DNA of 50,197 bases from Bacteroidales bacterium (lineage in GTDB: Bacteria; Bacteroidota; Bacteroidia; Bacteroidales; JAADJA01), in NCBI GenBank assembly GCA_026984135.1, contig JALSSR010000093.1, positions 1 through 50,197 of the forward strand. The letters run 5' to 3'. The position numbers were made by a program, and so were the translations under genes. The notes under the pieces were generated by a model, which saw only the letters and a list, made by a program, of their open reading frames with translations, made no database searches and was not told the DNA's origin. Position 1 is the stretch's first letter. Each line of letters opens with the position of its first letter. Shown piece by piece: positions 46,985 through 50,197 of this stretch.

Positions 46985-47662
46985 TTACAAACGCCAGTCA
47001 ACAGGTATTATTCCTTTCTTTATCAGATATTCATTTGTCCGTGAGAAGGGTTTGCTACCGAAGAATCCGTTGTATGCCGAAAAAGGAGAGGGATGCGGCG
47101 ATTCTATAATAAAGTGCTTTCCCGTATCTATAAGATTTTTTTTTGCACGCGCATAATTTCCCCAAAGTATAAAAACCAGATTCTCTCTTTTTTCCGATAG
47201 TTTTTTTATTGCGGCATCCGTGAATTGCTCCCACCCTCTGTTTTGATGAGAGCCTGCCTGTCCGGCTCTCACAGTTAATGTTGCATTTAAAAGCAGGACG
47301 CCTTGCTTAGCCCATTTTTCAAGATTTCCACTTTCGGGTATTTCTATTCCCAGATCATTTTTCATCTCCTTAAAAATATTTTGTAGCGATGGCGGTTGAC
47401 GAATACCGTCATTTACCGAAAAGCACAACCCGTTAGCCTGATTTGGTCCGTGATAGGGATCTTGTCCGAGAATAATAACTTTGACTTTATCAAATGGTGT
47501 ATAGTTAAAAGCAGAAAAAATATCCGAACCCGTAGGGTAAATTGTATATTTCTTCTTTTCCGTAATTAAAAACTTTTTTAAATTAAAAAAATATTCGGAG
47601 TTAAATTCATTATAAAGCTCTGATTTCCAAGTTTTATCAATTGCGGGATTAATTTTTTCCAT
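46985..47662 (-). CDS. ung: Uracil-DNA glycosylase (family 1)
   Basis: ILGQDPYH, PPSLQNI, GVLLLN, HPSPFS; start MEKIN at 47662. Confidence 0.97.
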   Translation of the reverse strand: MEKINPAIDKTWKSELYNEFNSEYFFNLKKFLITEKKKYTIYPTGSDIFSAFNYTPFDKVKVIILGQDPYHGPNQANGLCFSVNDGIRQPPSLQNIFKEMKNDLGIEIPESGNLEKWAKQGVLLLNATLTVRAGQAGSHQNRGWEQFTDAAIKKLSEKRENLVFILWGNYARAKKNLIDTGKHFIIESPHPSPFSAYNGFFGSKPFSRTNEYLIKKGIIPVDWRL

Positions 47663-47788
47663 ATTATACAGTATATTTTTCTTAATTAATGGCAAACGTT
47701 TTGCAATAAGCGATAACAAAAATAAGTTTTATACAAAACCGCAGCGTATAAAAAAATATTTATCTTTGTCGAACGTAATTAAAATATT

Positions 47789-47917
47789 ATGAAAAAAATT
47801 GTCTTAATACTTTTAACAGCAATCACACTGGGTTTAATCGTTGAATCTTGCAGGTCTCCCCAAAGTTGCCCGGCTTACGGTGAAGCCAGAAAATTTCAAA
47901 TAGAGCAGAGGCATTAA
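47789..47917 (+). CDS. 42-aa small lipoprotein with CPAY motif (not in ORF track)
   Basis: MKKIVLILLTAITLGLIVESCRSPQSCPAYGEARKFQIEQRH*; lipobox VESC; TATCTTTG box at 47761 and A-rich leader. Confidence 0.8.
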   Translation: MKKIVLILLTAITLGLIVESCRSPQSCPAYGEARKFQIEQRH

Positions 47918-48023
47918 ATCTTTGACAAAACATATTTTTATCAAATAATATAGTTGTCAACTTGGGTTGATTAAAAAATAAATAGTAATTTTATACGCTA
48001 TTTATTTTTTTATATAAAGGAAT

Positions 48024-48785
48024 ATGAAATCTTGGTTTGGGATATTATTTGTTATGGCTCTTTTGATATTTTCTTCAGAGGGCTATTCTCAGAAAGTTGC
48101 ATCAATTGATTCGACAAAGAATATCCTGTTGTTAAAAGAATTCAGTGGTGGCGTTATCCTTCACTCGCAAGGTTGGGGAGTAAAGGTTAGTAAAGGATAT
48201 AACAAAACCGCATTCAAAAAAAGAATGCTATCAATTGAATTGGTTGAGATTAAATCATTAAAACAGATCAGAACCATCAATCCTTATTTTCCGAATTCAA
48301 GAAGTTATTTTTACGGCAAACTCAATTCTTTTTTTGTAATAAGAGCAAGTTATGGAATACATCGCCTTTTAAACCGTAAACCATACTGGGGTGGTGTTGA
48401 AGTTAGATTTGTATATATGGGAGGTTTTTCGCTTGGTCTGGCAAAGCCTGTTTATCTTTATATTCTCAACACTAACAACGTTGATTTTGTTTATACCAGA
48501 ACAATTGAAAAGTATAATCCCAGCGAGCACTTTTATGATAATATTTACGGTAGGGGACCTTTCACTAAAGGATTTGATGACATAAGTGTCTATCCTGGGA
48601 TACACGCAAAATTAGGCCTCGATTTTGATTATGGGGCATATAGTACGAAAGTCAAATCCCTTGAGATAGGAGCGGAGATTGATGTATTCCCGAATCCGGT
48701 TCCTATAATGGCATTCAATGATCCCAATTATTTTTTCCTCACCTTCTACCTTAATTTTAATTTCGGGAAAAGATATAACAAATAA
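48024..48785 (+). CDS. Hypothetical outer-membrane beta-barrel-like protein
   Basis: Signal peptide, amphipathic aromatic-rich beta strands, C-terminal YLNFNFGKRY. Confidence 0.65.
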   Translation: MKSWFGILFVMALLIFSSEGYSQKVASIDSTKNILLLKEFSGGVILHSQGWGVKVSKGYNKTAFKKRMLSIELVEIKSLKQIRTINPYFPNSRSYFYGKLNSFFVIRASYGIHRLLNRKPYWGGVEVRFVYMGGFSLGLAKPVYLYILNTNNVDFVYTRTIEKYNPSEHFYDNIYGRGPFTKGFDDISVYPGIHAKLGLDFDYGAYSTKVKSLEIGAEIDVFPNPVPIMAFNDPNYFFLTFYLNFNFGKRYNK

Positions 48786-48790
48786 GTCTG

Positions 48791-48829
48791 AAAAAACAAA
48801 AGAGCCGCTATTTGAAAAACAGCGGCTCT
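48791..48829 (-). terminator. Intrinsic terminator
   Basis: AGAGCCGCT...AGCGGCTCT hairpin with an A-run on its left (U-tract on minus strand). Confidence 0.75.
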
Positions 48830-48850
48830 CAAAGAAAATTTTATTCCAAT

Positions 48851-50197
48851 CTATTTATCAATTATCAATTTACGGCTAAAGATATTTCCTTCGCTACTAA
48901 GTTGGAGAATATAAACGCCGTTATCAATCTTACTAATATCAACTTTTCTGATATTGGCTCCCTGCTCGAAAGTAAACCTGTCACTAATTATTTCATCTCC
49001 AAGAAGATTTAATATCTTGAAATTTATCTCCATCTTATCCGGAGTTTGAATAGAAATATTCAGTTTATCTTTTGCAGGATTTGGGAAAATGTTTATACCG
49101 TTATCAGCTATCACACTTTCAATACCTATTTCAGGTTCTGTAATGAAATATCGTGTTTCGCTCCATCCTGTGGTATCGCCGTCATGGAATGCCTTTACCC
49201 TCCAGTAATATGTTTTGCCTTTATCCAAGGGATAAACCACATTGAATTTTGTATTTGGGGCATCAACAATTTCCGGTTCAGCATTTTCAAAGCCGTCGGA
49301 CAAGTCGTATTCAACAACATAGCCATCAGTGGCGGTTAAGGAATCCCACTCAAAGACTGGTAGTGCCGATGTTGTATCGCCATTATTAGGACTAACCAGA
49401 AATACGGTATTAATAGTAGTAAAACTCCATACATCCGACCAGTCGGTTGTGTCTTTTGTATGAGCTGCTTTCACTCTCCAGTAATATGTTGAGTCATACC
49501 TTAAACCCTGAGCGTTTACCTGATTGTTTTCTGAAAAAGAGGTACAGGGTATTGAGAAATCAGGATTACGACACACCTCATAGATATATGAAAAAGTACC
49601 TGAAATGGCCTGCCATTTTAGCTGAACATCCAGCATCATATCAGTGGAATTATTTGCAGGTTCTGATAATATGACTTTATCAATAGTCGTAAAGGTTCTG
49701 ACAGCGGACCAGGATGAAGTATCCAGATCATGTCTTGCTCTGACTCTCCAGTAATATTTTGTGTTAAACAAAAGTTGATCCATTGCAACTTCCGTACTAT
49801 CAATAGTTGTTGTTCTAATAAAGGCAACCGGACTTGAAAAGCCATTTCCTGTCCAGAATACAATTGTACCTTCATCGCCGGCAAACCAAATATTATCTTC
49901 ATCAAGCATAAAGGCCGAATATAATTTGTTTGTAGTTCCACTTGCTGTTGGTGACCAGGTATTACCGTCGTATGAGGCAATTCCTCCGTCTTTTCCGGCA
50001 GCCCAACCATAGTTTGAATTCAGCATATATACCGACTCAAGGTCAAAATTAACGGAACTTTCAACTTCAGTCCAATCCGTACCGTCATAATGAAGGATTT
50101 TTCCTGATTTTCCAACTGCCCATCCGTTTGAAGCATCCGTAAAGAAAACATCTGCAAGAGTTTTAGATGTGGGGGAAGCCACCTCACTCCATTCGCT
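48851..50197 (-). CDS. T9SS type A protein with YCF48-like beta-propeller and FN3-like repeats (5' end beyond window)
   Basis: GWAVGKSG/GWAAGKDG repeats; three YYWRV(R/K)A...WS repeats; IFPNPA...GVYIL...KLII; frame open to 50197. Confidence 0.88.
   Translation of the reverse strand, partial: SEWSEVASPTSKTLADVFFTDASNGWAVGKSGKILHYDGTDWTEVESSVNFDLESVYMLNSNYGWAAGKDGGIASYDGNTWSPTASGTTNKLYSAFMLDEDNIWFAGDEGTIVFWTGNGFSSPVAFIRTTTIDSTEVAMDQLLFNTKYYWRVRARHDLDTSSWSAVRTFTTIDKVILSEPANNSTDMMLDVQLKWQAISGTFSYIYEVCRNPDFSIPCTSFSENNQVNAQGLRYDSTYYWRVKAAHTKDTTDWSDVWSFTTINTVFLVSPNNGDTTSALPVFEWDSLTATDGYVVEYDLSDGFENAEPEIVDAPNTKFNVVYPLDKGKTYYWRVKAFHDGDTTGWSETRYFITEPEIGIESVIADNGINIFPNPAKDKLNISIQTPDKMEINFKILNLLGDEIISDRFTFEQGANIRKVDISKIDNGVYILQLSSEGNIFSRKLIIDK

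Overview
A 50-kb chromosomal segment of an AT-rich Bacteroidota genome, probably Bacteroidales, judging from TAnnTTTG promoters and T9SS cargo proteins. Most of it is housekeeping: metK (partial), hutU, ECF sigma/GT2, tgt-lptG, mrdA-rodA, kdsB, deoxynucleoside kinase, GH3, ispE, pth-rplY-prs, convergent tRNA-Leu(CAA)/tRNA-Pro(GGG), trxB, GGGP synthase, DPP-IV, ribF, MATE, GPx and ung, with several secreted T9SS proteins in between. I found no integrase, transposase, cas gene or rRNA. The main leads are: (1) a cyclic-nucleotide-binding domain fused to an apparently intact Schlafen/AlbA_2 domain (3608-4519); (2) an 850-bp GC-rich array of seven ~109-bp palindromic units, two carrying an identical nested 36-bp palindrome (42275-43124); (3) a homoisocitrate-DH-like dehydrogenase with an NADP fingerprint, an HD protein whose motif reads AD, and a fused homoaconitase-like enzyme; (4) paired TACCGTTAACT boxes with a 21-bp period at two loci, one ahead of a candidate sRNA; (5) a ~130-bp element present as two inverted, diverged copies upstream of the GGGPS gene and ribF; (6) toxin-antitoxin scars at gene junctions; and (7) small ORFs missing from the ORF track. 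All functional calls rest on motif recognition by eye, with no database searches.
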